From the NCBI GenBank assembly GCA_951406725.2, contig OX597815.1:55862001-55926000 (forward strand): a stretch of 64,000 bases of DNA. The letters run 5' to 3'. Position 1 is the stretch's first letter. Each line of letters opens with the position of its first letter. The position numbers and the translations under genes are program-made. Shown in pieces: positions 1 to 14,170 of this stretch. Below the pieces are notes generated by a model that was given only the letters and a program-made list of their open reading frames with translations, made no database searches and was not told the origin of the DNA. The DNA is from Octopus vulgaris (lineage: Eukaryota).

Positions 1-3000
1 TGTAGTCCAGCAATCTTCTATTAATCTTATCCTATTGAATTCCTTTCTTTGAGTTGTACAATGAAGATCATCCTTTTGCTTAAACTTAATATACATTGTA
101 ACATGTAATATACAAAAATAAGAGTTCGTGTAGTTATTCTTCGAGTTTCTTCATATTCTGGAAATAGCAAAGAGTTAAATTAACAGCATTTACATATTAC
201 ATGTAGGGCCTAAGGCTTGCTTTGATCACCAATAACATTCCAAAGTGCACTGTCCAGATTTCGGCACCTTTCACAACTTTATGATACCTGCTGGATTTTA
301 ACATAGCAACAACTGTTAGCATAACAGAAGATGTCTGGTGAAGTTTTGTCTTCACTACTTAACATATTATACAATGATAAGATTTCCAACTCTATAAAAT
401 AAAGTGAAATTGAAAACTGATTTTACATAGGTATTTGAAGCAGCTATTCACTATAGTTTAATTCTTCTGAAACGGTTAACATTTTTGGAATTAGCACTCT
501 AAATTTAGTAACAGACAATGAAATAATTATGATAAACAAAAATTTTTACAAAATTTCTGACGTAAGTTTAATTATTGACAACGAATATCTATTTCTTTAT
601 GCATTGTTAAAGGAATGCAAATATATTTGATTTAATTATCCCAGCTGTATGAGATTCTATGATCTTTATGATTCTATATGGTTAAATCACAGCTGGCAAA
701 ATACGTATAATTGAACAGATGATGTCTACCACAGAAAATTTGGTATGTAAACAAAATGATGCAACCTGAAATGTTTCTGGAAAGTTGAATCTGCTACACA
801 ATTTCATTTCCGAGTTGGAACAATTTATTTCAGTTATATCCCTAACAACAGGAAATATATAAACATCTGTCAATCCCATTCCCCGTCTCCTATAATTTTT
901 AAGCTTTGCACCGTTGTTAAAATGATAAGTCTTATTTATCTTAGATTTCTATTTTTATGGGATAGTTACATTAGAAACTGGAAACAGTTACATTAGAAAT
1001 TCATCAATAGATTTAACTGATTTAGAAGCATTGCAACGACGCTAAAATATGAATGGTCGAACAAATCATTAATTTCGAACATCAATATAACTCGAACATA
1101 TTTATAATACTCACCGGTACACATTTAGTTAGCAGAATAAACCCACAATAATAATATAATACAACCATAAATATAGACAATAACAGTTCTGCCTGCACGA
1201 TCAATCACTCCATAACAAACCACATTAAACTAAAATGGAAAACAACACACATAGACATCGTTACATGTTGAACACAGACTACACCTACAGAAACCCGAGG
1301 TATAACCCCAAATACTGTGTTGGAATACACATCACCAAGTACAGAGAAAAAGCAACTGTTGCACTCTGACTGAATCCACATCCTGTCTGCGCTGTGGCTA
1401 CCATCAGCGTACAAAAATAGATTAAACAACAAAAATAGATTAAACAACAAAGAAATTACAATATATCAGGATTATCACATTACTCTCCATACTATTCAAT
1501 ATATATCGGAGTGTATAACTTGAATAAGGTATAAGGTAAAACATGGTAGAACTAGGAAAAAAACATAGCTAAGGGTCGCAACCTTCTTTTTTGTTTAACT
1601 GTCTGCACACTATAACACTGCACCGTCAGATTAACCCAGGGGCTACTCATCATTGGCTATCAAATAAAGTGGTTCAGTGAGGGAACTTTCTAGTGGCTGT
1701 TTTACCCGCCGATTGTTTCGATCAGTTTGCCCCAACAATATTATTAATGTTTTAAAATTGGATTGATAATTAGAAAACCTTAATTTTCGCTCCGCATACC
1801 CGTAATATAGATGAGATGGCCGTGACTTGATTGCTGAAATTCTATCAAAAGCGACTCATCATATCTGATTCATATAATGTGCTTGCGTAATGCGTTTGTC
1901 TTAAACATTGGAAAATCTTCATCTAGAAACGACTATGAATTTTATAGATTGTGGTTTGTTATGTTTATGTAGTTGGTTGACTAATCCCCGTACTAAGTCT
2001 AAAAGTCTATGTTGTTCTTTAGAACCAGATCAAATTTGACCGAGAAAACTTGTGATTAAACACATGCAACCTATGGCCATTCTGTCTTTTCAATATCTAG
2101 AAATTTGTCTTAACCCGTTTTAGAGTATGGAAGTGATTTTAGGGAGTTTTATTTGCTTCTTGTAGCAGCTTGAGCCACAACGTAGCGGTTCCCTTGTTGG
2201 ATCGCTTTTTGGTTTAATATAGTCGTGTAAATGCCACATGGTTGAATGGTTAAGAAGTTCGCTTTGCGACTTCGAGCTCCAAAGTTTGAGCTTACTGGAC
2301 AAATGACATTTTCTATAGCCTCGGGTCGATCCATAACTTGAGAATGAAACTGAGTAGACGAACTATAAAAACCCATCGGGTGGATTTTGCCAGAACTCAA
2401 AAGGTAATGCCTTCTCCCAAACTGTGTCAAGCGGACTCACTATGTGGAAAGCTCAGCAACTTACACATTTATTCAGGAGCAGATAATTCAGATAATCGAA
2501 CAATTGAATCTATATCGTGAAACACAGAGATCCGCATAAACAAATGGTGGTCTAGTTATATTACTGAGGTTGGTGGTTTTGTTCATGTAGATACTTGGGG
2601 CTTAGTATCTTTGTAGCTGATGGTCTATTCAACATATATGTTATCCGCTCCATATTTTTATTGTAGAAGAATTAATGGCTATACATTGGCTAAAGGATAG
2701 TGGAGTAGCAGATTTGTTTTGTTGGGATATTGTGCGGTATATAAAAATAGAAAACTGCAGTTTGTGACAGATATCGATTATATCATAGTGAACTAATCAA
2801 ATGCTAATTAAATTAGGTACGGAGAGTGTAGGTTATTTATAATTTCAAATTATTGTCCGTAAAGATCACAAATTTTTATCATGACCATTGAGGCAACTTA
2901 TTAATATAAACAAGTCTGTTTCTAGAAGGCTCAATTATTGCACTTCTAGCAAGGTATTCTCCTCAGGAAGTAAAGCGAAACACCAGCAGTAGTTCAGTAC

Positions 3001-3289
3001 AAATACACAAACACAAATACACATACACACACGCACACACTACTTACACACAGAGTCACTCACACACACACAGAGCATGTGCGCGCACGCCCGCGCACTT
3101 ACACACAGACACGCATATGTGCGCGCACGCACACATGCACAGGGTGCATTCCAGAAGCTTTCTGAAACTTTTAGGAGAGGCAGTTATAAATGTCCAGGAC
3201 TATTGTAATTACTAGATATCTAATAAGCTGCTTTGCCAAGAAAGTAAGTGAGAGATGATGAGAGAGATGGGAAGGAGAGGGACATCGGA

Positions 3290-3700
3290 ACATCGCAGTT
3301 GGTTGAGAAAATTCGCAACTGTTTGGTTGAAGACCGTCGTATATCTATAAAGACAATATGCATACAGTTTAGAGTTGGTGAGGCAACTGTACATAGAATT
3401 ATTCGTGTACATCTGAAAATGCGCAAAATTTGTGCACAGTTTATTCCCAGAGTACTTAGTGACAAGCATTCAAGTAATCATCTACTTGACAAAGATGGGC
3501 ATCAAAAGTGTCCCTCACCCTCCCTACAGTCCAGACCATGCTTCTTGTGACTAGCAAGAGAACCTCAGTGGCAGTCGTTTTGAAGATAATAGAGGCTGTG
3601 ACAAGGGTTTGAACACCTTCACTCTGGAGGACTTCCATAGGGCCTTCTTGAAGTGAATAGAGTACTACAAGTACATTGAAGTCAGAGGATTCTAATTTGA
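3290..3700 (+). pseudogene. Internally deleted mariner transposase remnant
   Basis: HTH-type peptide LVEKIRNCLVEDRRISIKTICIQFRVGEATVHRIIRVHLKMRKICAQFIPRVLS. In another frame at ~3512-3551, PHPPYSPDHASCD resembles the mariner YSPDLAP motif. Confidence 0.8.
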
Positions 3701-4037
3701 AACTGTTTAGAAACTGTGCGTGTGTGTGTGAAAATAAGAGATTGGAAAAATGTTGGTATTATTTATTATATACCATTACATGTTTCATTTGCTAATAGGA
3801 ATTACAAAATTGTACTTGCTGGAGAAAATGCAAGATGTCTTCTATTAGAACTTCTTTAGACAGAGAAGCAAGTAAGACACGATTTTGCATTTGAATGAAG
3901 TCATTATTTACAGTCAGAAATCGGGAGTCATATAGTTAATGGAGGGGACAATAATATAGAAAAGATACCTAGGTATCTTTTCTATATTATTGATGTAATA
4001 AAAGTACACACATACACATTCATGTTTAGATAGATAA

Positions 4038-4121
4038 ATACATACATACATACATACATACATACATACATACATACACAAATATATACATACATATATC
4101 TAAGCACATACATACAAACAC

Positions 4122-4190
<69 letters not shown>

Positions 4191-4203
4191 GTGTGCACGC
4201 GCA

Positions 4204-4234
<31 letters not shown>

Positions 4235-4583
4235 ATATTTTGAAGAATTGGAAAATTCTGCCTATTCCTGATTAACTTGTTGATATCATTCCAGCCTTTT
4301 TATTTAAGGTCTAAGGATGATTATTCTTTTACCGTTTTACTTTTGACTTTTTACATTTTAGTTTACACACACATACACAAACATACATGCAATAATACAT
4401 TCATTCATACATACATACATACATACATACATGCATACATACATACATACATACATACATACATACATACATACATACATACATACATACATACATACAT
4501 GCATGCATGCATGCATGCATACATACATACATACATACATACATACATACATACATACATACATACATACATACATACATACA
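4038..4583. repeat. (TACA)n/(TA)n/(TG)n microsatellite cluster
   Basis: Arrays directly visible; they explain the HTYI/MYVC pseudo-ORFs. Confidence 0.95.
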
Positions 4584-4589
4584 TGTGGT

Positions 4590-4980
4590 AGAAGCTATAG
4601 CCACTCATAATGAAAAGGAGTACTGGGGGATTGTTCCAGTGAAGACCTCAATAAAATGTAAGCACAACAGACTTGATATAATGATTTGGGATAGAGAAAA
4701 AGAAATTGTGTACAGTTATGGAAATTACCTGCCCAGCAGATATTAACATAAAACTGAAGAACTATTGAGAGATTTGCAGTTACTCTATTCAGATTATAAG
4801 TTCAGGTTTATACCTATAATTATTGGGATCCTAGGATATGTAACACACTGCCTAAAAACCCATCTCGAGAAATTAGGCTTCTCAAAACCAGAAAGAATAA
4901 AGCTGATTCGAAGACTATAGATCCAATCCATCACTTGAACTGTAAGACACTGTAAAACTTTCCAGAAGTTTATCATTTAA
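4590..4980 (+). pseudogene. 3' fragment of an RLE-type non-LTR retrotransposon (R4/Dong/NeSL-like)
   Basis: KHNRLDIMIWDREKE resembles the RLE HNRPDI motif. It is followed, with frameshifts, by EITCP.D.NI and FIPIIIG.LGYV...LEKLG, then a TACA-rich tail. Confidence 0.6.
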
Positions 4981-7032
4981 ATATATATGAGCATGTCTAA
5001 ATATGTAATGAGAATACATACATAAAACAAAACATACAAATCTGCACATATACATACATATGTACATACATACATGCATACAAACAAAAATACCCTGTTG
5101 TTGATACTAAAATTTTAATGAAGAAGACCTGGATCTAGTTTAGAAACCGGCTCTTCCTCTATTGGCAAGAAATCTTGAAATAAAACTGAATAATGACATG
5201 CAAACATATACACTCAGCATGAGAGATATTCATATACAAAGAAAGAGTGAGAGAGTGTGGTAAATATGTATAGAGGAGGGGAAAGAAAAAAAACGTAACA
5301 GACAGAGTGAAAAGACACCTCTGCCTGCATGTGTGAGTGTGTAGGACATAATATACGTACGTGTGCCTGCATATACTCTGCATATATGTCTGTATATACA
5401 TGCGCTTAAAACGCTGGGTTGATTTTATATATATTAAAAGGCGGACGCAATGCTTCTAAGCACTTTGTCCGGTGTGCTAACTCTTCTGCCAACACGCCAC
5501 CTAAATTCACTATAAACATATTTTACTATGTTACTTCTTTTACATAAAGTTTGGAATATTAAGAAGTTTCTGAAAATCAAGTCATGATAATTACAAAAAC
5601 AAATTTTTAACTTCATTGTGACGAAATACTTAAGACCAAATTATGGTTCATGCTTATTTCTGACTAAAAACTAAGAGTTCAAGATCAAGAATAGATAAAT
5701 ATTTAAGTAAAACTCTAATAGTTTAATTTATAACATTGTTGTAGATACCTCAAAGACTACCTCGAACAAACTGAGTTCCCACCACGTAAACGAAATACGG
5801 TATACCGAAAGCAAAATAAATTATAAAAGTTATAGAAAAATTCCGTTAGGTCGACACATTAATCTTTTGGGGATAGTTTTGGCACACACATACACATATA
5901 TAAACTGGTTATAAAATCTGATTATTAATTCCCGTGAAAAAGAGAAGTCGTTTGGCAGAGTCATTGCAGCGTTCTAAAAATGCCTCGCGGTGTTTGTTTC
6001 AACTCTTTACACACAGAGCTCAAATCGCTCAGAGATCATCTTTGTCTTGGGTCGATAAACTAAAACACCGGTCAAGTATTATAGATGATCAATTGACTAA
6101 ACCCTCCCAGCAAATCCCAGGCCTTGTTTTTATATAACAAACAATTACAATTTTGAACATAATTTCTGGTGAGTTCAATTTTTCACTTTATTAAAATTGG
6201 CATGCTGATTTCAAAACTACAGTCAGTTTTCTTCTATCACCTCAAGCTTCATTTTCCACAATTGTGCTGTTTGTCCGTAAGTTATAGGATTGGTCAGCTA
6301 ATTGCTTTTACTATTTTGTTGATAAGGAGTGCGAATTTTTCAGATTTGCTGACTTTAGGTTGCGTTTTGAAAAGCATGGCACCCTAAAGCTAGTTTAAAA
6401 TCTCCAGTCAAAGAAAGTCATCGCAGCTGGTTTTCAATTCTTAAGAGTCAAGTTATTGTTTCAAGATGGAAACTGGAGGCTGACTTGGTGCTAAGATGCT
6501 TGAAATTACACGAATGTAATCAAGATATGGTAGTGAGAAGTGCGGTAACGCAGAGGATTCGAAGTTAAAAGACTGAAGAACAGATTTGTGTAGTGGAGGA
6601 GAGATGACAAGGCTTTGAAGTGAGTGAACTTGTGGTTTGAAGTGTGGAGGAATTCTGTCCTAAGGTTTGAGGCCTAAATTTCTACCCTGTTCTTCTTTCT
6701 TATGGAGTATTTGTGTGAATATATAGGTATCTATGATGTATTTGTATGAATATATATGTATGTATATTCATTTTTGAATGCATATCCATACATACTTATG
6801 CAGAATACACATATTTTTCTGGAATAGTGATTACAGGCCCCCATGGCCACTCTATATAGGTGATTACTATCGTATTCTGCAAATAATACATAAAAGTCTG
6901 TATGCAAGGAGTTAGCAGATATCATGTAAGTATTTTGTTTTGTTTTTATAAGCTTGTGACTATTCAACTTATTTTTTTATTCCATACTTATTTCCTTTCT
7001 TTCAGATCATATCTCCTTTTGTTACTTCTTGT

Positions 7033-7300
7033 CGTAAGTGCCTAAACAACCCTGATTCATTTTCTTATATCTGTGGCAGTTTCACCATTCCCAGTTAAAC
7101 GTCAAACATCAGAGTATTTGTGAAGCCAAGCTATTTTGCATAATTTAAAGTAAAAGTTGTTGACCAAGACAAGTCTTGGTCCCCTCACAAGGTGTGTAAG
7201 CAGTGTATGTAGAGTTTACGGATATGGACCAAAGAAGCAAGTGATGAGTTGGCATTTGATATACTTATGATTTGGCGAGAACCAAAATATTGCACAGACT
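7033..7300 (+). pseudogene. Chapaev3-like DNA transposase N-terminal remnant
   Basis: Manual translation gives RKCLNNPDSFSYICGSF...VVDQDKSWSPHKVCKQC...WTK...LMIWREPK with 3 stops, matching the remembered Cys-rich GDQDKxWAPH / PMxWREP signature. Confidence 0.6.
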
Positions 7301-8019
7301 AATAATTCAGGATATAACAAGAAAAACAATTGTAAAATCAAGTGTCCTTGCACACAATTCAACTCACAGAAACAATATCCTTTGTGTGAATAAAATTAAT
7401 TTGTATAAATTTTAGTCAAACATTGTTTCACTATTTTCCATTGTGTGTAAATTTTTAAAACATTCTATAAAATAAACACAAATTTGTTAGGTACGATATC
7501 TTAATGATTTTTCCAACAAAGTAAAAGTTGTTGTATAACACAGAACACTATTAGAAAAAGACGAGAGGTAATGCTTTTTAAAAAGATACTTAAATGACAA
7601 TTTTCCTCGTTTCCCATGAAAGATTAGCTCAAACAACGAAAACCGGTTGGAGTGTGATGAACTAAATGTGAAGAAATTTGTGCTTCGTCATTTTATATAT
7701 TTAAAGGGGATATAAGTGTTATTTGAACTGATCTGTGAGTTTTCGTCTTTGTTTTCTCAATGTAACTTGAATAGAACACTAGGTCCTTGAGTCCCAGTGT
7801 AACTTCTGCCAGTAAAAATTTATATTTATTTATGTATATGTGTGTGAGTGTGTATCTAGGTAGACATAATAAATACATACATACATACATACATACATAC
7901 ATACATACATACATACATACATACATACATACATACATACATACATACATGCATGCATACATATAACTCCTCTTTCAACTGTGTCCTGGTAATAGCCCGA
8001 AGATTATGTTTATAGTGTT

Positions 8020-8345
8020 TGTAGAAGGAAAAGCACTAAAAACTGTCAGTTTTTTCACCTCTCTCGACTCTACTGTAACAAATTACGTGAAAGTTTGATA
8101 AAGAAATTGTAATTCATATAGGCAAAGCAAGTTCAGCTTTTGACAAACTGTCCCAGAGACTCTGGAATGCCCATGAGGTCTCTATTAAAACCAAAATTGA
8201 AATCTATAAAGCAATCGTCATGACATTTCTCTTGTGTAGTACAGAGACTTGAACCCCCTCTTGGAAGCATATTAATCAATTAAACAGCTTTCATATGGGT
8301 GTCTTGAGATAAATATGCAAAATAAAATGGAATGATAGAATGAGG
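8020..8345 (+). pseudogene. RTE-type LINE ORF2 C-terminal fragment
   Basis: GKASSAFDKLSQRLWNAHEVSIKTKIEIYKAIVMTFLLCSTET*...LNSFHMGVLR*ICKIKWNDR. Confidence 0.75.
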
Positions 8346-8574
8346 AAGTGATGTTTTTTCTATGTGTAATGTCCCTGGTATGACCCAACTGATAAAATAA
8401 ATATAGGCGCAGGCGTGGCTGTGTGGTAAGAAGTTTGTTTCCCAACCACATGGATCCGGGTTCAGTCCCACTTCGTGGCACCTTGGGCAAGTGTCTTCTA
8501 CGATAGCCTCGAGCCGACCAAAGCCTTGAGAGTGGATTTGTTATTTGGTAGACGGAAACTGAATGAAGCCCGTC

Positions 8575-8621
<47 letters not shown>

Positions 8622-8625
<4 letters not shown>

Positions 8626-8924
8626 CATTCAACCCTATTATCAACCCTATTATCTCCCCTTATTTCGCTCTCGCGTCTCATGTTTGATCTTTGACTTCTG
8701 GCCGAAATCAGATCGCCATGTTGATTCGTTTAGTTACTGCACGCATTTTTTTTCTCTCCTTCTTTCTGTGTTTTTTTTCTCTCTGTGTATCTTTCTGTTG
8801 AAGAGCGTAGGCTCGAAACGTTAAAGACTTGTTTTATTTATATTTCCTGAGCGCCATACTAATACAATTGTTTGTTTGTTTTCCACCTGCCTTCGTCTTT
8901 TGTCTATTTTCATAAAGCTTCCCG

Positions 8925-8926
<2 letters not shown>
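8622..8926 (+). mobile_element. Solo/truncated Neptune PLE pseudo-LTR
   Basis: Near-identical to 58200-58500 and 53720-54021; flanked by (TA)n on both sides. Confidence 0.9.
8790..8827 (+). ncRNA. Minimal hammerhead-like motif (CUGUUGA variant)
   Basis: tcttt-CTGTTGA-A-GAGC gtag GCTC-GAAACGT-T-aaaga. Confidence 0.55.
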
Positions 8927-8980
<54 letters not shown>

Positions 8981-9633
8981 ATGCTTGTGTGTCTGTTTAT
9001 TCCCCACCATCGCTTGACAACCGATGTTGGTATGTTTCCGTATTCGTAACTTAACGGTTCAGCAAAAGAGACCGATAGAATAAGTACTAGGCTTACAAAG
9101 AATAAGTCCTGGGGTCGATTAGTTCGACTAAAGGCGGTACTCCAGCATGACCACAGTCAAATGGCTGAAACAAGTAAAAGAATAAAAGAATATACAAATT
9201 ATGAAAATATAAAAATATACTGTACAGTACTATTTCTGCTTCGTGGATTTTCTCTTATCGTGTGTGTGGGGGTGGGGAAACACCCGCGATATTCGAGGGA
9301 TTGCTGTATTGTAAAAAATGTTTATCTGTACATAGAAAAATTGTAAATAATGAAAACAAATTAACTATGTCGTAAGATTTTTATCTGTGGACTGTGTGTT
9401 TGTGTGTGTGCCATTCCTATGTTTGTACTTTATGACTTTCCAGTTCAACGGGTTTTTGTTTGAACGTTGCCCTCTTCTTACGTCAAACTTGTTAGAGTTG
9501 TTTCTGTCCTCATTACTTGTTTTCGACATGAAACTTATCACACACGCACACACACACACACAGGCACACACACACACACACGCACACACTCACACACACA
9601 TACACATACACACTCACGTACGTATATATCTAT

Positions 9634-10127
9634 ATTACATGGAAAAATGCAAGCATGAAAAATCATATTCTTAAGATTATAAACCTGGAAAAGTACAAGA
9701 CAAGTTATTACACCTGTAAAAGTATAGGACAAGCTATCACTTCTAGTAAAGTAAAGAATAAGAAACTTCTTATTTACTTAAAATATTGCAGCAAAGAATG
9801 CCAGTTCTTCTAATTTATCGCTTTTTACAGTTCTCATCTTTTTGTAAGTTTGTCTAATTCGTCACTTTTTTCAATATTTAAGGTAGTAAATTAGCCAAAT
9901 TCTACTTAAATAAGTATAGTGTTATTTGTAAACTATAATAAAATAAGTTTTTATATTCATATTTTAATTTTAGCTGCAATATTTTAAGTAAAAATATTCT
10001 TATTCTTTACTTTACTAGAAGTAATAGCTTGTCCTATACTTTTACAGGTGTAATAACTTGTCCTGTACTTTTCCCGGTTTATAATCTTAGGAATATGACT
10101 TTTCATGTTCGCATTTTTCCATGTAAT
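9634..10127. mobile_element. MITE / foldback element with ~130-160 bp terminal inverted repeats
   Basis: 9634-9795 is the reverse complement of ~9967-10127. The ends TA|CATGGAAAAATGC...GCATTTTTCCATG|TA fit a TA TSD. Confidence 0.8.
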
Positions 10128-10285
10128 CCATGATTTTTCCAGGCATTGTTTTTATAAGATAATCAATAATGTGTCAATTAATAATTTAAGATTTTAACTT
10201 GTAAAATACTGAAAGATAATATTTCAATTTTTCCATGTAAGTGATGATATTTCATTTTTTAATTCATTTTAAAATTAAATATATA

Positions 10286-10700
10286 GGCGCAGGAGTGGCT
10301 GTGTGTTAAGTAGCTTGCTAACCAGCCACATGGTTCCGGGTTCAGTCCCACTGCGTGGCATCTTGGGCAAGTGTCTTCTGCTATAGCCCCGGGCCGACCA
10401 ATGCCTTGTGAGTGGATTTGGTAGACGGAAACTGAAAGAAGCCTGTCGTATATATGTATATATATATGTATGTGTGTGTGTGTTTGTGTGTCTGTGTTTG
10501 TCCCCCTAGCATTGCTTGACAACCGATGCTGGTGTGTTTACGTCCCCGTCACTTAGCGGTTCGGCAAAAGAGACCGATAGAATAAGTACTGGGCTTATAA
10601 AGAATAAGTCCCGGGGTCGAGTTGCTCGACTAAAGGCGGTGCTCCAGCATGGCCGCAGTCGAATGACTGAAACAAGTAAAAGAGTAAAAGAGTAAAGAGT
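10286..10700 (+). mobile_element. Full-length tRNA-derived CORE-like SINE (cf. octopus OR-type)
   Basis: A/B boxes, CCTTGGGCAAGT-like core, central TA/TG microsatellite, 3' stem-loop and (GTAAAAGA)n tail; several copies in the window. Confidence 0.85.
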
Positions 10701-11489
10701 GTGTTTGAATTATTTGATTACCCATCCACACCAAATTAATGGCAGAGATTTTTACCATGTTGTTGGTTGCACCATGGCTCACCAAAAGTTACAAACAACA
10801 AGACTCCAAAACCATCAGCTTCCAGGATCATCTTAAGTAACCTAATTTTGCAATATTAGGAGGTCACAGGAATTCATTCAACGAAAAAAAATTCCAGTGA
10901 TTCCGCTACCTTTGCGACAATTGGTAGAGAATTATCAGTGCTTGGCAGCGTTCTAGATAGTAGACAGCCTGTCTTGATCTATGCATGATCCATGACTGTA
11001 GTTACATCAAAGAGAGGAGCTGTGGAAAGACGTAGCTGAGTAAAGGCGACAAACCTGTCTATTGCGTAAGAATCTCTGTTAATGTTGGTAGTAGTCGGAC
11101 AATCTGATCCGAGGATCCCTCTCGAACCTTCCGTTGGAAGCGATTATTATTGGTTCTGGATTTAATTCCATATTCACATTTTGAAATCTTTCAGATCTAC
11201 TTCATGATTTTTGTATTTATGTTTTGTTTTGTTTTTTATGCGAGGATTTTTGTTTTAAGGAATCGAGATGTTTATTTGAAGAAATACATATTCATTTGTG
11301 TCTTTGATAATAACAACTGGGAGGTTTTTGATCTCTTCAGTTTGGACATACATGAAGCCAGGACGTTATTGCATGCTAAATTTGGTACATACACACTTAT
11401 ATAATTTCCTCTCAGTTTTCATGTCGAAAGGTCGGCATATTGCCAATACATATATCTACCAATCGTGTCATGTAAGTGTATATATATAT

Positions 11490-11730
11490 ATATTCTGAGA
11501 CTGCAATATCTAGACAACTAGTGTTCGAATTTTACCTGCGCTTCGTCTTAGAGTTCTTTCAGTGCCCCAGAAGACTGAAGAGTTTATCTATGCAGCATCA
11601 TGAGACAAGATTCTCTGAATTCTTTGGCTTTGATTTTTATTAAACGGACGTATGCAAATACAAATCTGTGTGAAGATGTTGCCATGATTATTAATATATT
11701 CGATTCAAGGAGGAATAAATCACTTCTTCC
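11490..11730 (+). pseudogene. hAT transposase dimerisation-domain remnant
   Basis: Frameshifted ESSFSA.RRLK.YL.SIMRQDSLNSLAL followed by DV..IINIF..RRN. Confidence 0.5.
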
Positions 11731-12199
11731 CTGTGCTTCCGATTGAAATCTTTTTGAAACGACAATGATGTATAAGTATCAAAAATGATATCAAATATTG
11801 TCAATTCACATTCAGACCTCATATTTTTTAAAGAAAATCATTTATGAACTGCCTGTATTGATTCTTATTACAAATCCAGTGTGTAATGGACACACAATTC
11901 AGTAGAAAGAATCTTAATGCAGCCACAGAAGATGTTAAACATTCTTCAGTCTAAAGGCCTTCAAAATCCTAACTTCTGAATTATAATATTTTCATCAGAT
12001 GACACAATGTATTCTGATTCAACAGATTTAGAAGACGCGCCGTTATAGATACCAAGGAATATCAACCAAGTTGCACAGTGCTCAGGAATCGGAAAACCTT
12101 TCACTTAAATGACAATTGTGGCTCTGCAGAGAGGTGATTCTTATCTTGTAGACAGCAACTACCAAAGCGACGAAACCTCTCAACCGCAGCTCAGAAAAT

Positions 12200-14170
12200 T
12201 TTCGCAAACATTGCTTGGCTCAAATTATCGAAGCTTCAATCCTGAGTCTATAGATATGATTTATAATTATATCTATGTTCAGATTACAGTTTATCAAAAT
12301 GCATTATATTGTTTCTGCTATCGATATTTACTGGACAGTCATTCATTAAGAGTCATACCCGATTGAAAGCATGCTAGAAGGAGATGGTTGCTTTGGCTAT
12401 CTGCCAAAACTTCAATTTAACGTAACTGCAACTTTTGTATAAAAAGATAACCAAAAACTTTGAGAAAAGAAAACGTCTAGGCGAAGCAAGTTCGTGAAAT
12501 TAGTTGCTACCTAACTATTTTGGCTTTTATAATTAACGGCACTACAACTGAGTTCTCGAAGAGGACAGAAAGGTGGGCAAGTATATGGCAATATGCGAGG
12601 AATGTTATCAACACATGATGATATCGTCAGTGAGCAGATAATGAAGGTCCTCTGTAATACAAAATATTTGTCACTATGTTCAGAATAAGTTGTTGTTGTT
12701 TTTTTGTTTTTTTTGTCATGGCCATAATAAACAAATAAGCGATAGTTCGAGAAGTGTCTAAACCTGGTTCTTCGCAGTAACTGTAGATGAAAGAAAGGAC
12801 ATTTCATAAACCAAACAGCTTTCATTTGTTCTGCATGAAGATTTTGGCAATGGTATCTGTGAAGAATTTATTAGATATCAGGTAACTTTTAAACTCGACA
12901 CCGAATCACTTCTGCCGTTCAAAGAGTCAGTACTAAAATTTATTGGTATAGACGACTAGTTATATGTTGTTCAAAGTTATGATGGTGCTTCAGTCATGGT
13001 CCAAAGATCCCCGATAATCAACTAAAGCTGCATGCTCTTATCCCATTAGCAGTCTATGTCCGCTGACATGCCTATCGACTCAATCTATAATAGCTGTGAT
13101 AGCATTAAAATGCTATGGTTGTGAGATAATTTTTCGACTTAATGTAGTGTGATGAAAATTCCAAATCTACCTGTCCACATGTTTAAGCACATCATAACCT
13201 CATATGGTTACAGGCAAAAAAATGTGGACAAGTAATGGAGTTGAAAAAACTTGTCCAATACAAGCTGGCTTGTGAAGTAATTTTATGCTGTGCATAGTAC
13301 TCTCCAGTTTATTTTGGATATTCTTTCATATTTATGGGAGGTTACCAAGCCATCTGAAAAACAATATGAAAGTAAATCGATAAATTGGTAAGACCTTTCT
13401 ATCACTTTTGTCTACAAAAGTTTGTATTCCCCTTGCCCTCTTTGAACAAGTTCTGCTACGAACTAAGCATCTAGTAAAACTGCTGTTATCTTCTTTACTG
13501 GATATGAATGTAAGTGAAGTGACATCCAGTTGCATGGAGAGTCGTAATGTGACGCGAAACAAGATGGATGACGAAGATATTTGGAATATGGGCAAAATTA
13601 TGAGACAAATTTCCGGTTTCTAACAACCTCACTGAGTGCATCTTTGTGGTCATTGAGGTTGCAGGAAATCGGCTGATAAGAAATAAAAAAAGGATCTTTT
13701 CACCGATTTTCGTAGTGTTATCTTTATTCGTGTTTTGGATTAAATTTACTCAGAGCTCCAGTACCACATTTTGGTGGGAAATCCATCTTAATTCCAAAAG
13801 TGACCAGTTTCTCAACATTGATGGTCTGAAATTTGAGACATATCTTACCGAACTTGAACGAGTGAAGACAGAATACCACTGTACAATGCGTGTCATAGAG
13901 CAGAAGACATATTTTGAATTCACTGACCAAATTACATCCCTACAAGACGTAACTTCTTTGAACTGTTCAAACTGCTTCAAAGTGTTATAATATTACCTGT
14001 AGGTAGTGTGGACTGTGAACGCCATTTTCCCAAACTGTGGGAATGATCGAGATTTATTTGTGGGATACCATGGTGAGCAACGGACAATTTAGGGATTAAT
14101 TGCCATGCATAGACGACATGCCAAAAATCCGAATAGTAAAGATGTTGTCCTTCGTTTCGTGATAAACCCT
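12200..14170 (+). pseudogene. Decayed hAT (ZMYM1-like) transposase
   Basis: YDGASVM at ~12978, AVYVR*HAYRLNL at ~13048 (cf. HCxAHxLNL), LPVGSVDCERHFPKL at ~13993 (cf. PxxSAxxERxFS); many stops. Confidence 0.75.

Larger units (their letters stand above)
8406..9191 (+). mobile_element. tRNA-derived CORE-like SINE split by a PLE pseudo-LTR inserted in its central (TA)n
   Basis: Head 8406-8576 (A box GTGGCTGTGTGG, B-box-like GGTTCAGTCCC, CCTTGGGCAAGT) and tail ~8970-9191 both match the intact copy at 10286-10700. Confidence 0.85.

Noticed and set aside
1-2600. Short ORFs possibly representing host exons
   Set aside because: No recognisable domain or splice structure, and stops in all frames
10286-10360. 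tRNA gene-like A/B boxes
   Set aside because: SINE heads; no cloverleaf, and they continue into SINE body
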